From assembly GCF_009914755.1 (NCBI RefSeq), contig NC_060947.1: DNA of 64,000 nt; one strand, given 5' to 3'. Positions 1-27,815 of the stretch are shown here, piece by piece; position 1 is the stretch's first letter, and each line of letters opens with the position of its first letter. The DNA comes from the human T2T-CHM13v2.0 reference genome, Homo sapiens. A program made the position numbers and the translations under genes. The notes below the pieces were generated by a model. It ran no database searches. It saw only the letters and a list, made by a program, of their open reading frames with translations, and was not told the DNA's origin.

Positions 1-333
1 GCTTCATCTCATTATCAAACACTTCAACAATATGGCTTCTACTATCCTAAATTATCTCATTCACTTTCCTTTTTGACAGTCTTCCACCCCATCCCAATTT
101 CTCTCCTCCATCTTCCTACCTACTTTTTCTTTTTTTAGGAGATTAGGTCTCCCTATGTTGCCCAGGCTGGAGGACGGTGGCCATTCACAGGTACAATCAT
201 AGCTCACTGCAGCCTCTAACTCCTGGGCTCAAGTGATCCTTCCGCCTCAGCTTCCAGAATTGCTGGGACTACATGAGTGCACCACAGTGCCTGGCTATCT
301 TCCTACCTACTAAGTGTTATGAAAGAAATTCTA

Positions 334-670
<337 letters not shown>

Positions 671-738
671 TCAATGGATAACCCTTAACATCCAACTCTG
701 GAAAGGAATAGCCTTTGGGTCTAAGGCAGCCTCCTAGC

Positions 739-779
739 TAGCAAATGGTTTGCCAGGATAGCAAATGGTTTGCCAGGAT
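739..779. repeat. Perfect 20-bp tandem duplication TAGCAAATGGTTTGCCAGGA x2
   Basis: Read directly from the sequence. Confidence 0.95.
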
Positions 780-832
780 CCATGCATCACTTAAAACCCA
801 CAGCTTAAGGTTATATGCATGATGGAACTTGA

Positions 833-1288
<456 letters not shown>

Positions 1289-1391
1289 TGATCCGCTCCC
1301 CTCAGCCTCCCAAAGTGCTGGGATTAGAGGCGTGAGCCACCGCACCTGGCCCCACCGGGAGCTTTTTTTTAATTTAATTTTATTTTTTTGA

Positions 1392-1550
<159 letters not shown>

Positions 1551-2015
1551 TAGTAGAGACAAGGTTTCTCCATGTTGGTCAGGCTGCTCTGGAACTCCTG
1601 ACCTCAGGTGATCCACCCGCCTCGGCCTCCCAAAGTGCTGAGATTACAGGCACGAGCCACCGCGCCTGGCCCACTGGAGCTTTTTAAAACTCCTATATAT
1701 TGAGACACACACTATACTAAATGCATCACATCCCTATCTCATTGAATGCTCACAACCTTATGAAGCATGAATTACCCCTTTGCTTTCAGCCAATGGTCAT
1801 GCCTTCCATAATGTGGGAAAGAATGAGCCCATCCAACATAAGCTTCCCTAATTCCTCTCTTATCCATCTCAACCTTTCTCTGGAAGTTTTCTGCTTCACT
1901 TCATTTTCTCCAATTGTGAAAAAATATCAACTAGACAGAGACAGAAATAAAGAGGCATCTGAGAGACAGACATAGTCAGTCCATGGTCTCAAGAAGAACA
2001 GACCTTTTTTTTTGA

Positions 2016-2243
<228 letters not shown>

Positions 2244-2836
2244 TAGGTGCTGGGATTACAGGCATGAGCCACCATGCCCGGCCAGATGGCTTTGATTTTA
2301 TCTTTGCAACCACCATTCCTATCCTGATGACTCCAGACCCCTCCCTGATAAGTTTCAAAATAATGGCTCCAAATGTCCCATCTCCCACCACAGCTGCCCT
2401 TGCCTCAGCTTTGAGGAAAGCATACCACACTCTTCTTTACGTTCTATCACATTTGGTCACTGGCTGAGAGAAGCCCCTCGGATCATCTATCCTTTCCCTT
2501 CCTTTCATCTCCACACTGTTCTGTTTCCTCCCCAACACAAATCCACAATGCACCTCTCCCTCTCAGATTTTTCCACTGCACCATAGGGAATTCTCATTCA
2601 AAGATAGACAAACTCCTTTCCATGGAAACGTTCCCACTTTCTAGCTCTAAATGAAACATTGCTCTCTCCTCAAGACACCACTGCCCTGCATCTCCCTCCA
2701 GGGGAGGCCACACATTTATTCATTTTCTACATATTACAAGACCCAGAAGGCGGGCGTGGTGGTTCACGCCCATAATCCCAGCACTTTGGGAGGCGAAGGC
2801 AGGCGGATCTCTTGAGATCAGTTTGAGACCAGCCTA

Positions 2837-3022
<186 letters not shown>

Positions 3023-3979
3023 TCAAAAAAAAAAAAAAAAAAGACCCAGAGGTAGGGTTGGTATGCTCTTACTACTCTGTCACTATTTCTAAGCTGTAAC
3101 TCTTCCAACATTGCGTCTTTGAAGTTCATGTCACCCAGTTTTTCTTCTTCATTGCAGTCATCTAACAACCTACTGGCCAGCCTCTCACTGGATATATTGC
3201 CACCTGTATCACAGTCTTCCTCTACTAAATTGGCCATCAACCTGGATGACTTCAGTGTTCTTATCAATAAACATCCATCTTGGGCACTTAATGTCTAGGT
3301 TGGGGAGTCTAAGATGGCAGCATTTGAACAGCCTTTGCTGACTTAACCTTCTGGTTTCTTGGTGGTTTCTCATTATAAAAGCACTGCATTTGAACAGAGA
3401 CTCAGCCTTGTGGTGTCCGGTATAGAGAATCGAGGATGGTGTCAGTTCTAAAAAAAAATCTGAATTTTTTTTCAGCAGCTGACTAGATATCTAAGTATCT
3501 TATATGGGGAATTGTCTGGGAAAGGTGTTTAAGCAAGAGTTGCAGCAGACAGTCTAGGCTTATCTGGCAAGAATGTATTCAAATCAGCTCTATTACAAAG
3601 GGATGACATTGAATTAAAGTTCCATGATGTTGATAAATAAAACAATATTTCATCAAATATTTCCTGAGAGCCTACTACATGCTAGGTACTGTCCCAGAAG
3701 CTGAGGACAAAGGAGAAAGAAAAGAAGACATTATCCCATTGCTCAAATTAGTTTATAACTGTTTAACATAAATCATCCAAATATCAAGTAGAGGTAATGA
3801 TACCCACTCCACAGGGTAACATTGTTTTGAGTTTTAAATGAGAGCATTAATGTACAGCAAATAGCTCAATGTATACATGGTCAGTAAATGGTAAAGGCAT
3901 GGGGCTATTATGAATTCTCTGCACCTCCCAAATATGACCACCAGGTGTCAGCCTCCCCTAGCCAAACCCTACCAGGTGA

Positions 3980-4477
<498 letters not shown>

Positions 4478-5328
4478 TAGACATGGAAATTTGGAAATGT
4501 CCAAGATAAGGTCAAGGAAAAACAGAAAAAGAACGTTCAAGGCAAAGAAGAGCAAAAAAGTGGAATCAGGAAAAAGCCAGGGAGAGAATGAAATAGGAGG
4601 AGGAAAGAAGAGATTTAGAGAGAGGAAAAGATAAAACTTTTCTTACTCAGTCACCTCTCCAGGGCCTCACCAAAAGCTGTGCCAAAGCCCTTTCATTTAA
4701 GCCACCAGCAACCTGAAACCCCCACCTCCCAGGCTCCTGCCACAGGTCAAATCCCTTTTTAATCCTTGTAATCCCACTGATTCTCTAGCTGGCTTTCTCT
4801 TGGATATATTTCAGAGAGGAGCTTTAGAGTCCCTGGCAAAGAACTCATCATTCATTTTTGGCCCATGTAATTTCTACTTTATATATGAGCTTCCATCTTT
4901 TCCAGACTTCCCTGTTCTCCCCATTAGAAACTATATTTCCATTTTTTGAGAGACACTTTTCCCCCACTTACAATAGCCTCTTTCACTTTGCTAGTTCACC
5001 AAGCTGCAGGTTTTATTTCCCAAGTGCATAGTATTTTTTATCATTGGCATACATTTTTTTCAGGCTTCCAAAAAGTATTTTTAAAGTAGTCCACAGGCTT
5101 CCTGTGGGTTATTGACTTTTTGAATGTTAGTCTTAATTTGTCCTAATGTCTAGTAACATGTGGCATACCCAAACAGGAGTAAGCCTTGTTCGGACACCAT
5201 CCTGAAGCAGGATTGTTGACTCAGTCTGCTCTCTTTGGGCAGAAACCTGGCTGTAACTGAGTTAGGCCCATCCACCGGTTAAGAGCTCTTTACTTCACAC
5301 AGAACAGATCTTTGCTCAGGAATTTCTA

Positions 5329-5661
<333 letters not shown>

Positions 5662-6365
5662 TCACGTAAAGGCTAAATTTATGAACTAATGAACTACCGC
5701 TAATTCCTCCTCACTCTTAGCAAGAAATGGTTAAGGGAAGTGAAGCAATTTCTAGGACAACATAAGGATTCTAGGAATTTACAGCCAGTTACCTGAAAAG
5801 TCTGAACTTGGATTTCTTCCAAATAATGACCAATCCAGGTCATTGCCTGATCAATCACAAGAGGCCTGAGCCTACAAGGCCATGTCCCACCTCTCAACTC
5901 TCCCATGGGAGGCTGTCATGAGACAATTTCCCATCGGCTCTCAGGCTCTGATGAGGAATGGAGCTTTCTGCCTCACTCCCACATAATATAAAACTGCTTT
6001 TAAATATAATACATAAATAAAAATTTATAAAATGCACATTGTATAAATATTAAATATAAATTTATATAAATATATATCCTGCATACTATAAAGCTGCAGA
6101 ACATAAAACCTCCAAGTGGTAGCTGTGAAGGGACTCCTCCCAAATACAATGTCCCACAACACACATTGCAGTCATCTGGCCCCTTTTTGCTTCATTGTCA
6201 TGTTTTTTTGTTTGTTTTTGAGACAGATTCTCACTCTGTTGCCCAGATTGGAAATGCAATGGCGCAATCACAGCTTACTGAAGCCTTGAAATCCTGGGCT
6301 CAAGCAGTCCTTCTGCCTTAGCCTCCTGAGCAGTTGGAACCACAGGTGCCTGCCACCATGCCTAG

Positions 6366-6518
<153 letters not shown>

Positions 6519-6638
6519 TAGTGTTGGGGACAATGATTCACAGGGAGCTCTCACCTAGGTTTAGTCTTCTTTTTGCTGTCTAAGTAATAAAATGTCTAAA
6601 TCTAGAATGACTCATTGTTTCTTTACCAACCAAATTAG

Positions 6639-7027
<389 letters not shown>

Positions 7028-7823
7028 TAATTTTTTTTAGTAGAGACAAGGTTTCTCCATGTTGGCCAGGATGGTCTTTTGACCTTGTGATCCACCCGCC
7101 TTGGCCTCCCAAAGTGCTGGGATTACAGGCGTGAGCCACCACGCCCGGCCGGCCCTTGCCTTGTCTTATGTGTGAGCTTGACAACCCTTAAACCAGTCCA
7201 CACAACCAAAATGTGATTGAGTCCAAAGCATGACAGGTGAAGAAGATAGCTGGGGCCAGGCACAGAGGCTCATACCTATAATCCCAGCACTTTGGGAGGG
7301 CAAGGCAGGAGGGTCACTTGAGCCTAGGCCTCCAAGACCAGCATGGGTAACATAGTGAGACCCCATTTCTACAAAAAAACAAAAAACCAAGCCCAAAACA
7401 AAACAAAAAGACAATACAGTTGGTTCCATTGACAACGTCTGATTACTCCTTCCTACAGGAGGCTGTTGCTGTTTCTGACACTAAATGAGGGTTCACGTTT
7501 GTGTTGTATATTCTTTTTTTTTTTTTTTTTTTTTTTGAGATGGAGTTTCTCTGTTGCCCAGGCTGGAGTGCAATGGCACGATCCCGACTCACTGAAATCC
7601 ACGCCTCCCAGGTTCAAGCGATTCTCCTGTCTCCTGACTCAGCCTCCCAAGTAGCTGGGATTACAGGCGCCCGCCACAACGCCTGGCTAATTTTTGTATT
7701 TTTAGTAGAGGCGAGGTTTTGCCATGTTTGCCAGGTTGGTCTCGAACTCCTAGCCTCAAGCAATTTGCCCGCCTCGGCCTCCCAAAGTGCTGGGATTACA
7801 GGCATGAGCCACCTCGCCCGGCC

Positions 7824-10010
<2,187 letters not shown>

Positions 10011-10013
10011 GCT

Positions 10014-10047
<34 letters not shown>

Positions 10048-10048
10048 A

Positions 10049-10462
<414 letters not shown>

Positions 10463-10465
10463 TAG

Positions 10466-10693
<228 letters not shown>

Positions 10694-11553
10694 TGAGTAG
10701 CTGGGACTACAGATGCGTGCCAACACGCCCAGCTATTTTTTGTATTTTTAGCAGAAACGGGGTTCCACCATGTTCACCAGGATGGTCTCGATATCTTGAC
10801 CTCATGATCCATCCCCCTCGGCCTCCCCAAGTGCTGGGATTACAGGGGTGAGCCACCGCACCCGGCCCAACATTTTGCCATTTTTGCTTCAGATTGTTTT
10901 AAAAATAAAACATTAATAGTACAAGAAAAGTATAAATAGACTTGAATTGCCTTGTGTATCTCTCCTCTATCCCATTTCCCTCTCCCTCCCCCCAAAACAC
11001 CACTAGAATAATTTGGTATCTATCATTTGTATACATAGTTATAGATGCATGATTGTAACGTGGTATCCGTTTTTCTTATAGTATATGTATCTTGTAGTAT
11101 ATGTAGTATATGTTTCATTCTTTCTCTCTTTTTTTTTTTTTAGAGACAAAGTCTCACTCTGTCACCCAAGTGGTGTAAACACAGCTCACTGCAGTGTTGA
11201 TCTCCTGGGCTCCAGTGATCCCCCTACCTCAGCTGCCTAACTAGCTGGGACTACAGGCCTGCGCCACTATCCCCAGCCAATTTTTCGTATTTTGGGTAGA
11301 GACGAAGTTTCCCCATGTTGCACAGGCTGGTCTCAAACTCCTGGGCTCCAGCAATCTGGCCACCTTGGCCTCCCAAAATGCTGGGATTATTGGTGTGAGC
11401 CACCTCACTTGACCATGACACATGCAACTCATTTTTTTTTTTTTTTGAAACGGAGTTTCAGGCCGGGCGCAGTGGCTCATACCTGTAATCCCAGCACTTT
11501 GGGCGGCCGAGGCGGGCGGATCACAAGATCAGGAGATCGAGACCATCCTGCTA

Positions 11554-12386
<833 letters not shown>

Positions 12387-12402
12387 TAATTCATTCCTTT
12401 CA

Positions 12403-15240
<2,838 letters not shown>

Positions 15241-15770
15241 CTGGGTGCAGTGGTTCACACCTGTAATCCAAGCACTTTGGGAGGCCAAGATGGGCCCATT
15301 GATTAAACTCAGGAGTTCAAGACCAGCCTGGGCAACACGGCAAAACCCTGTCTCTACAAAATTACAAAGAAAAAAAAATTTAGCTGGGCATGGTAGTGTG
15401 TGCCTATAGTCCCAGCTACTCAGGAGGCTGAGGTGGGAGGGTCACTTGAGCCTAAGAGGTAGAGGTTGCAGTGAGCGAAGATGGCACTACTGTACTCCAG
15501 CCTGAGTGACACAGAAAGACCCTGCCTCAAAAAATATATATATAGATATTGGTGGGTGTGGTGGCTCACACCTATAATCCCAACACTTTGGGAGGCCGAG
15601 GTGGGCAGATTACCCGAGGTCAGGAGTTTGAGACCAGCCTGGCCAAAATGGTGAAACCCTGTCTCTACTAAAAATACAAAAAAAAAAATTTAGCAAGATG
15701 TGGTGGTGCACACCTACAGTTTCAGTTCCAGTTCCAGCTACTGGGGAGGCTTAGGCATGAGAATCACTAG

Positions 15771-16213
<443 letters not shown>

Positions 16214-16421
16214 TCAGCAGTTCTTGACCAGCCTGGCCAACATGGTGAAACCCCGTCTCTACGTCTCTACTAAAGATACCAAAAAAAAAAAATTAGCCGG
16301 GGCAGGGCGCGGTGGCTCACGCCTGTAATCCCAGCACTTTGGGAGGCTGAGGCGGGCAGATCACCTGACGTCAGGAGTTCGAGACCAGCCTGACCAACAT
16401 GGAGAAACCCCATCTCTACTA

Positions 16422-16606
<185 letters not shown>

Positions 16607-16702
16607 TTATGTGGGCGTGGTGGCTCACGCCTGTAATCCCAGCACTTTGGGAGGCCGAGGCGGGTGGATCACGAGGTCAGGAGATCGAGACAATCCTGGC
16701 TA

Positions 16703-17651
<949 letters not shown>

Positions 17652-18110
17652 CTAGTGAGGATGTGGAGAAAAGGGAACTCTTATACACTGTTGATGGGAA
17701 TATAAATTAGTACAGTCATTATGGAAAGCAGTATGAAGGTTGCTCAAAAGAAACTAAAAATAGAGCTACCATATGATCCAGCAATCCCACTATTCGGTAT
17801 TTATCCAAGGGAAAAGAAATCAATAAAGGGATATAGACACCACCATGTTTATTATAGCACCATTCACAATACTAAAGATAGGGAATCAACCTAAGTGTCT
17901 AACAACAGACAAATGAATCAAGAAAATGTGGTATATATATACACAATGGAATACTATTTTGCCATAAATAAGAATGAAATCAAGTGTTGACTGGGTGTAG
18001 TGGCTCACGCCTGAAATTCTAGCACTTTGGGAGGCCAAGGTGGGTGGATCACCCTGAGGTCAGGAGTTCGAGACCAGCTTGGCCAACATGGTAAAACCCC
18101 ATCTCTACTA

Positions 18111-18335
<225 letters not shown>

Positions 18336-18813
18336 TCACTATGTTAAGTGAAATAGGCTAGGCACAGAAAGATAAACATTGCATGTTCTCACTCATATGT
18401 GGGAGCTAAAAAAGTTTATCTTGGCCAGGCGTGGTGGCTCACGCCTGTAATCCCAACACTTTGGGAGGCCGAGGCAGGGGTATCACCTGAGGTCAGGAGT
18501 TCTCAACCAGCCTGGCCAGCATGGTGAAACCCTGTCTCTACTAAACATACAAAAATTAGACGGGCGTGGCAGCAGGCACCTGTAGTCGTAGCGACTTGGG
18601 AGGCTTAGGCAGGAGAATGGCTTGAACCTGGGAGGTGGAGGTTGCAGTGAGCCAAGATCGCACCACTGCGCTCCAGCCTGGGTGACAAGTGCGAGTCTAT
18701 CTTAAAAAAAAGAAAAAAAGGCCAGGCGCGGTGGCTCACGCCTGTAATCCCAGCACTTTGGGAGGCTGAGGCGGACGGATCACAAGGTCAGGAGATCGAG
18801 ACCATCCTGGCTA

Positions 18814-19474
<661 letters not shown>

Positions 19475-19476
19475 TT

Positions 19477-20298
<822 letters not shown>

Positions 20299-20311
20299 AG
20301 TTCTAGTGTTT

Positions 20312-20815
20312 TGTTAGATATGAATTCTATATTTCTTTTCAAAGAATCAATATGTCAGTATGTTCAATTCTTTGCCTTCTTCTTTTAAACTTAACTTCCT
20401 CATAAAGCAACCCTTTTAGATTACCTGCTCCACCCTGACTCCTTTCAATCACCTGCCCCACCCTGACTCATTCCGATTACCTGCTACCTGCTCCGCCCTG
20501 ACTCATTCTCCACCCTGCATAACCATTTTTTCCCTCCAAACCACTCACCCCGTCACGCTCTTTAAATTAGCCAATCGGAATTAGTTTAGCCTGTGCTGTC
20601 TAACCCTAGCCAATAGGGGAACGACACAGCAGCAGGGGCCACGTACGTCAGAGATAAGAACCCCTTTCCCTCCCTTGTCCAGGTGTGCGCTCACCATTGC
20701 TCCATCTGTAAGGGTGCACCCTTCTATAGAAGTATCTTGCCTTGCTGAGAATTAAAAAGAAAATTTTATATTCAAGTGCTATTTCTTTTGTGGCATTGAA
20801 ACTTTATTTATAACA
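20312..20815 (+). mobile_element. Solo ERV1 LTR, LTR10 family (LTR10F-like)
   Basis: TG...CA termini (TGTTAGATATGA...TTTATAACA), 4-bp TSD GTTT, internal GATTACCTGCTCCACCCTGACTC repeats, two CCAAT boxes. Confidence 0.88.
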
Positions 20816-21010
20816 GTTTGAAGCACACACAGTAGGGTAACTATAGTTAACAATAATTTATTGTATATTTCAAAATAGTTAGAAGGGAAGATTTGAAATG
20901 TTCCTAACACAAATGATAAATATTTGAGGTGATGGATGCCCTAAATACCCTTATTTGATCATTACACATTGTATACATGTATGAAAATATCACACGCACC
21001 CCATAAATAA

Positions 21011-21331
<321 letters not shown>

Positions 21332-21879
21332 TAAAAGCAAAAAAAAAATTAGAACAGTTGAACAATTAAAAAAAGAATACACTTTCCATTCTTCCCTGCA
21401 GCAGGGAATAGCCAATGAAGTGTAAGTGCAAATACGATAAGGCTTCTGGGAAGGGTCTTTAAAGGGGCCTGGCCTAGATGGGAAGTCTGCTGTTTCACTT
21501 GTCCCCACCTTCCCTCTCTTCCTCCCACAAATAGCCCCTCTTCACAACTCTTAAAAGCATTCCTTTACAGTCCATTAACACTGCCACTACCTCTGCTGGA
21601 AGCTTCCTCATTTCCTGGGTTACTGCAATAGTGTCTTAAGTCATCTCCCCACCCCTTCCCTGTGATCCATTCTGTATATTACCCTACCAGGCTGATTTTT
21701 CTAAAACCCAACTTTGATCAATTCACTACCCTACTTCAAACTCTTTTGATGGTTCTCTTGCCTCCAGAAGTGGTTCTTAAAACTGGCTGCATCAGAATCA
21801 GCTGGAGAATTTGAGGAAGTCATACATTTTCCCAAAACGTAACCCAAACTGACTGAATGTGCATCACAGGATTGTCTAG

Positions 21880-23273
<1,394 letters not shown>

Positions 23274-24095
23274 CTATGTAACATAATTAACACAGCATGA
23301 ACACAATAAACATTCAGTAAACGTTAGCAGCTACACTCTAGCCATAAGACATTAACGGTCGTGCCCCATGTACATGCTACTGTTCCCTTTCTATGCATTA
23401 GCACATTCTGACGAGTCCACTTAGAATGCTTTTCTCCTGCTTCGCCTAGCTAATTCTCCCTTGTCTTTCAACACTGAAGTCCTGTTGGAGTCAGTTCTGA
23501 TCTGGGTCCCTCCTCTGGGCTCCCACTGCACGCTGTGCCTGCCTCCACCAAGTGAAAAACCACTGCAGGGTTTTAGGTGGAGGAGTGACCTGACTTGTCT
23601 TGAATATCTACTATATGCCAGGCACCACTGTAGGTTCTGAATCAAAATAAGAATAAAAAGAACACTTAGCAGCTGGGCGCGGTGGCTCACACCTGTAATC
23701 CTAGCACTTTGAGAGGCTGAGGCGGGTGGATTGCCTGAGCTCAGGAGTTTAAGACCAGCCTAGGCAACAAGGTGAAACCCCATCTCTACTAAAAATACAA
23801 AAAATTAGCCAGCGTCATGGTGTGTGCCTGTAATCTCAGCTACTCAGGAGGCTGAGGCAGGAGACTCGCTTAAACCCAGGAGGCAGAGGTTGCAGAGAGC
23901 TGAGATCATGCCACTGCACTCCAGCCTGTGCAACAGAACAAGACTCTGTCTCAAAAAAAAAAAAAAGAAGAACACTTAGAGGGTTACTGAGAAGATTAAA
24001 GAGATAAAGCGAGATAAAGCTTGCGAAGCACTTAAGACATGGCCTGACATATGGCAAACATTCAGTAAATGCTAACCACTATTACTTATATTTAG

Positions 24096-24320
<225 letters not shown>

Positions 24321-25521
24321 TAGCCAGGATGGTCTTGATCTCCTGACCTTGTGATCCGCCTGCCTTGGCCTCCCAAAGTGCTGGGATTACAGGCGTGAGC
24401 CACTGCACCCGGCTATTATTATTTATACTCCCTTACATACATTCAGGTCTTTGGCATCACAGTCTTCCTTTCTAAACACAAATCTTACCACCATCCTGGA
24501 TGATGATCTCTCCAACATGCCAGCCTCTCTCTTGGACCTCAACTCCAGCAGCTTTCACCTCCTCCCTACTCAAGATACACCATGACGACACTCTGACCTT
24601 GACATTGTTGTTGGATTGTTGGATTTTTGCACAATAATAGACTGGGTATAACAATAGGATTAGATTAGTGTATATTAATAGAAAGCTCAGGTGCAATTTT
24701 CCATTAGTTTGAGATGAGAGTGTAATCTTCTGTTCTTGCCACAAACAAGCAAGAAGTCTTTTCTGTATGACTGGGTCCCAGGAAGATAAAAGCAGAGAAA
24801 GGAAAGGAGGTGCTGGCTAGAGATGCTAGCTTTGCCAGCACAAGCTAAGGGCAGGCATCTTTATGACTACTCAAAGAGAGGAAATTACAGTTGCAGTCTT
24901 TCTGGCAGCAAAGAGGGAATGAGAGGTTAGTGACCAAGATACTGGATCATGAATCAGGAGACTGAGGGGCGGATGCTGCCAACAGATGCTATTTGACATG
25001 AATGCTCATCACAAAGGCTGTTTGGTTATTGGTGAGTCAAGAGTAATCCTCTGCAAGTCTGCACCGCTTTCTCCCAGAAGAAGTTTCTTTTTTATTGTTG
25101 TTGTTTCCCTACTCATAGAAGAAGTTTCATGAAGCTGATAGCTCCGAGAACAAGGCCTGAAAGTCGGGGCTCACCCGCCCCCACCCCCCACCCCGCTTCA
25201 CTCAAAGCTCTTGCTTTTTTTTTTTTTTTTTGAGACGGAGTCTCGCTCTGTCGCCCAGGCTGGAGTGCAGTGGCGCTGCAAGCTCCGCCTCCCGGGTTCA
25301 CGCCATTCTCCTGCCTCAGCCTCCCGAGTAGCTGGGACTACAGGCGCCCGCCACCATGCCCGGCTAATTTTTTGTATTTTTAATAGAGACGGGGTTTCAC
25401 TGTGTTAGCCAGGATGGTCTCGATCTCCTGACCTCGTGATCCGCCCGCCTCGGCCTCCCAAAGTGCTGGGATTACAGGCGTGAGCCACTGCGCCCGGCCT
25501 TTTTTTTTTTTTTTTTTTTGA

Positions 25522-25987
<466 letters not shown>

Positions 25988-26066
25988 TAATGCCTCTATT
26001 CATGCTTGATCCGATCTCTTTCTCCTTTCCTCTGAGTCTTTATGCCATCAATTTTCCTTTCTTCTG

Positions 26067-26146
26067 TTAGGTTGAACCATATTAAATTGCTGTTTGCATC
26101 ATTTGGCAATGGTGGAACATTGGCAACTTCATGCGGTTCAAGTTAA
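26067..26146. mobile_element. MADE2-like mariner MITE (~80 bp)
   Basis: Imperfect terminal inverted repeats TTAGGTTGAACCATATTAAATTGC / GCAACTTCATGCGGTTCAAGTTAA. Confidence 0.75.
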
Positions 26147-27184
26147 TATATCTTCATTCTTTTCCTCTCTAAATGTTCCTTCTCCTCAACCAAAACCAAT
26201 TACAATAAAATATCCTTGTATAGGTAAGAGTAAGCTCTCTATATATTGTGTTTTGAATTTTACACTTACATATGTCCCTGCATATAAAACCTAAACACCG
26301 TATCTCAGGTATACTGGCCTTTGCTGTTCATATCTCCCAGTTGACAATTCACCCAATAAGTATTTACTGAGGATCTGGCATGTTCATGAAACACTTATTC
26401 ACTCACCCAACAAATATCTTCTGAGCACATACACTGTGTCAGATACTGTTCTAAGCACTCGAACGATATCAGTGAACAAAACAAGGATCCTTGTGCTCTT
26501 AGAGCTTATATTCTAGCAGGAGTGGAAAGGAGACAATGTACAGTAAAGAAACATAATAATTAAAAGTACCATATAGTATGTTAGAAAGTGACAGATGCCG
26601 GGCACGGTGGCTCACGCCTGTAATCCCAGCACTTTGGGAGGCCGAGGCAGGCGGATCACCTAAGGTCGGGAGTTTGAGACCAGCCTGACCAACATGGAGA
26701 AACCCTGTCTCTACTAAAAATACAAAATTAGCTGGGCGTGGTGGTGCATGCCTGTAATCCCAGCTACTCGGGAGGCTGAGTAGGAGAATCGCTTGAACCT
26801 GGTAGGTGGAGGTTGCAGTGAGCCAACATCGTGCCATTAGCACTCCAGCCTGGGCAACGAGAGCGAAACTCTGTCTCAAAAAAAAAAAGAAAAAGAAAAA
26901 AGAAAGTGACAGATGCCATGGAAAAAGCAGAAAGTTGAGCAGAGGAAGGGAGATTGGGAGTGCTGGGAGGAGGAACTGTAATTTTAAATATTGTGGTCAC
27001 TGTAGGCCTTTTGGAGAAGGTAACAATTAAGCAAAGACTTGAAGGAGGAGAAGGATATGCTATCTGGGGAAAGTGTTCCGGGCAGAGTAAACAGCAAGTA
27101 CACAGACCCTGAGTCAGGAAAGCTAAAGAAAGAAGGAGGAGAATAGTAGGAAATGAAGACACAAAAGTAAGAGTTTAGGGTCTT

Positions 27185-27815
27185 TGTATTAGGTATCTAC
27201 TGCTGTGTAACAAATTGCCCTAAAATTTGGCTATTGACAATAATACACAGGAATTCAAGAGTCCTTTGGCTTGGGGGTTCTGGCTCTGGGTCCCAAGAGG
27301 CTACAGTTTCTGAAGGCTGTGCCTGAAGATTCTTCTTCCAAGGCGGCTCACTCACATGGTTGGCAAATTGGTGCTGGTTGTTGATGGGGGAGGAAGAGAT
27401 GAGGAGAGGGGAAGGGCTTTGTTTCTATTTGTGTGGGTCTCTCCACCTGCTGTTTTTAAAAAAAAGCCTAGTGAAGTAAAGCAGTGAGAGTAGAGAAGGA
27501 AGAAAGAAATCTGTAACTAGCTGTGATCAATTGGTTGTAAACACCACTTCACTCAGACCAGCCTCCACATGCTGTTTGAGTATCTTCATGACATGACAGC
27601 TGGCTTCCCCTACAGCAACCAATCCAAAAACGGAGCAAGGCAGATACCACAATGCCTTTTATGACCTAGTCTTGTAAGTCACACGCTATCATTTCTACCA
27701 TATACTACTGATGACACAGTCAGCCCTGGTTCATTATAGAAGAGAACTACCCCAGGGTGTAAATAGCAAGAGGTGAAGACCATTGGTGGTCATCTTGGTG
27801 GCTATGATAGCCTTG
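27185..27815 (-). mobile_element. MaLR LTR (MLT1 family) hosting the Y3 pseudogene
   Basis: TGTATTAGGTATCTACTGCTGTGTAACAAATTGCCCTAAAA terminus; TTCCAAGGCGGCTCACTCACATGGTTGGCAA and TTTTATGACCTAGTCTT motifs. Confidence 0.75.
27463..27563 (-). pseudogene. Full-length Y3 RNA (RNY3) retropseudogene
   Basis: Reverse complement GGCTGGTCTGAGTGAAGTGGTGTTTACAACCAATTGATCACAGCTAGTTACAGATTTCTTT...CACTAGGCTTT closely follows hY3. Target-site duplication TCCAC(C/A)TGCTGTTT at 27442-27455 and 27564-27577. Confidence 0.93.
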
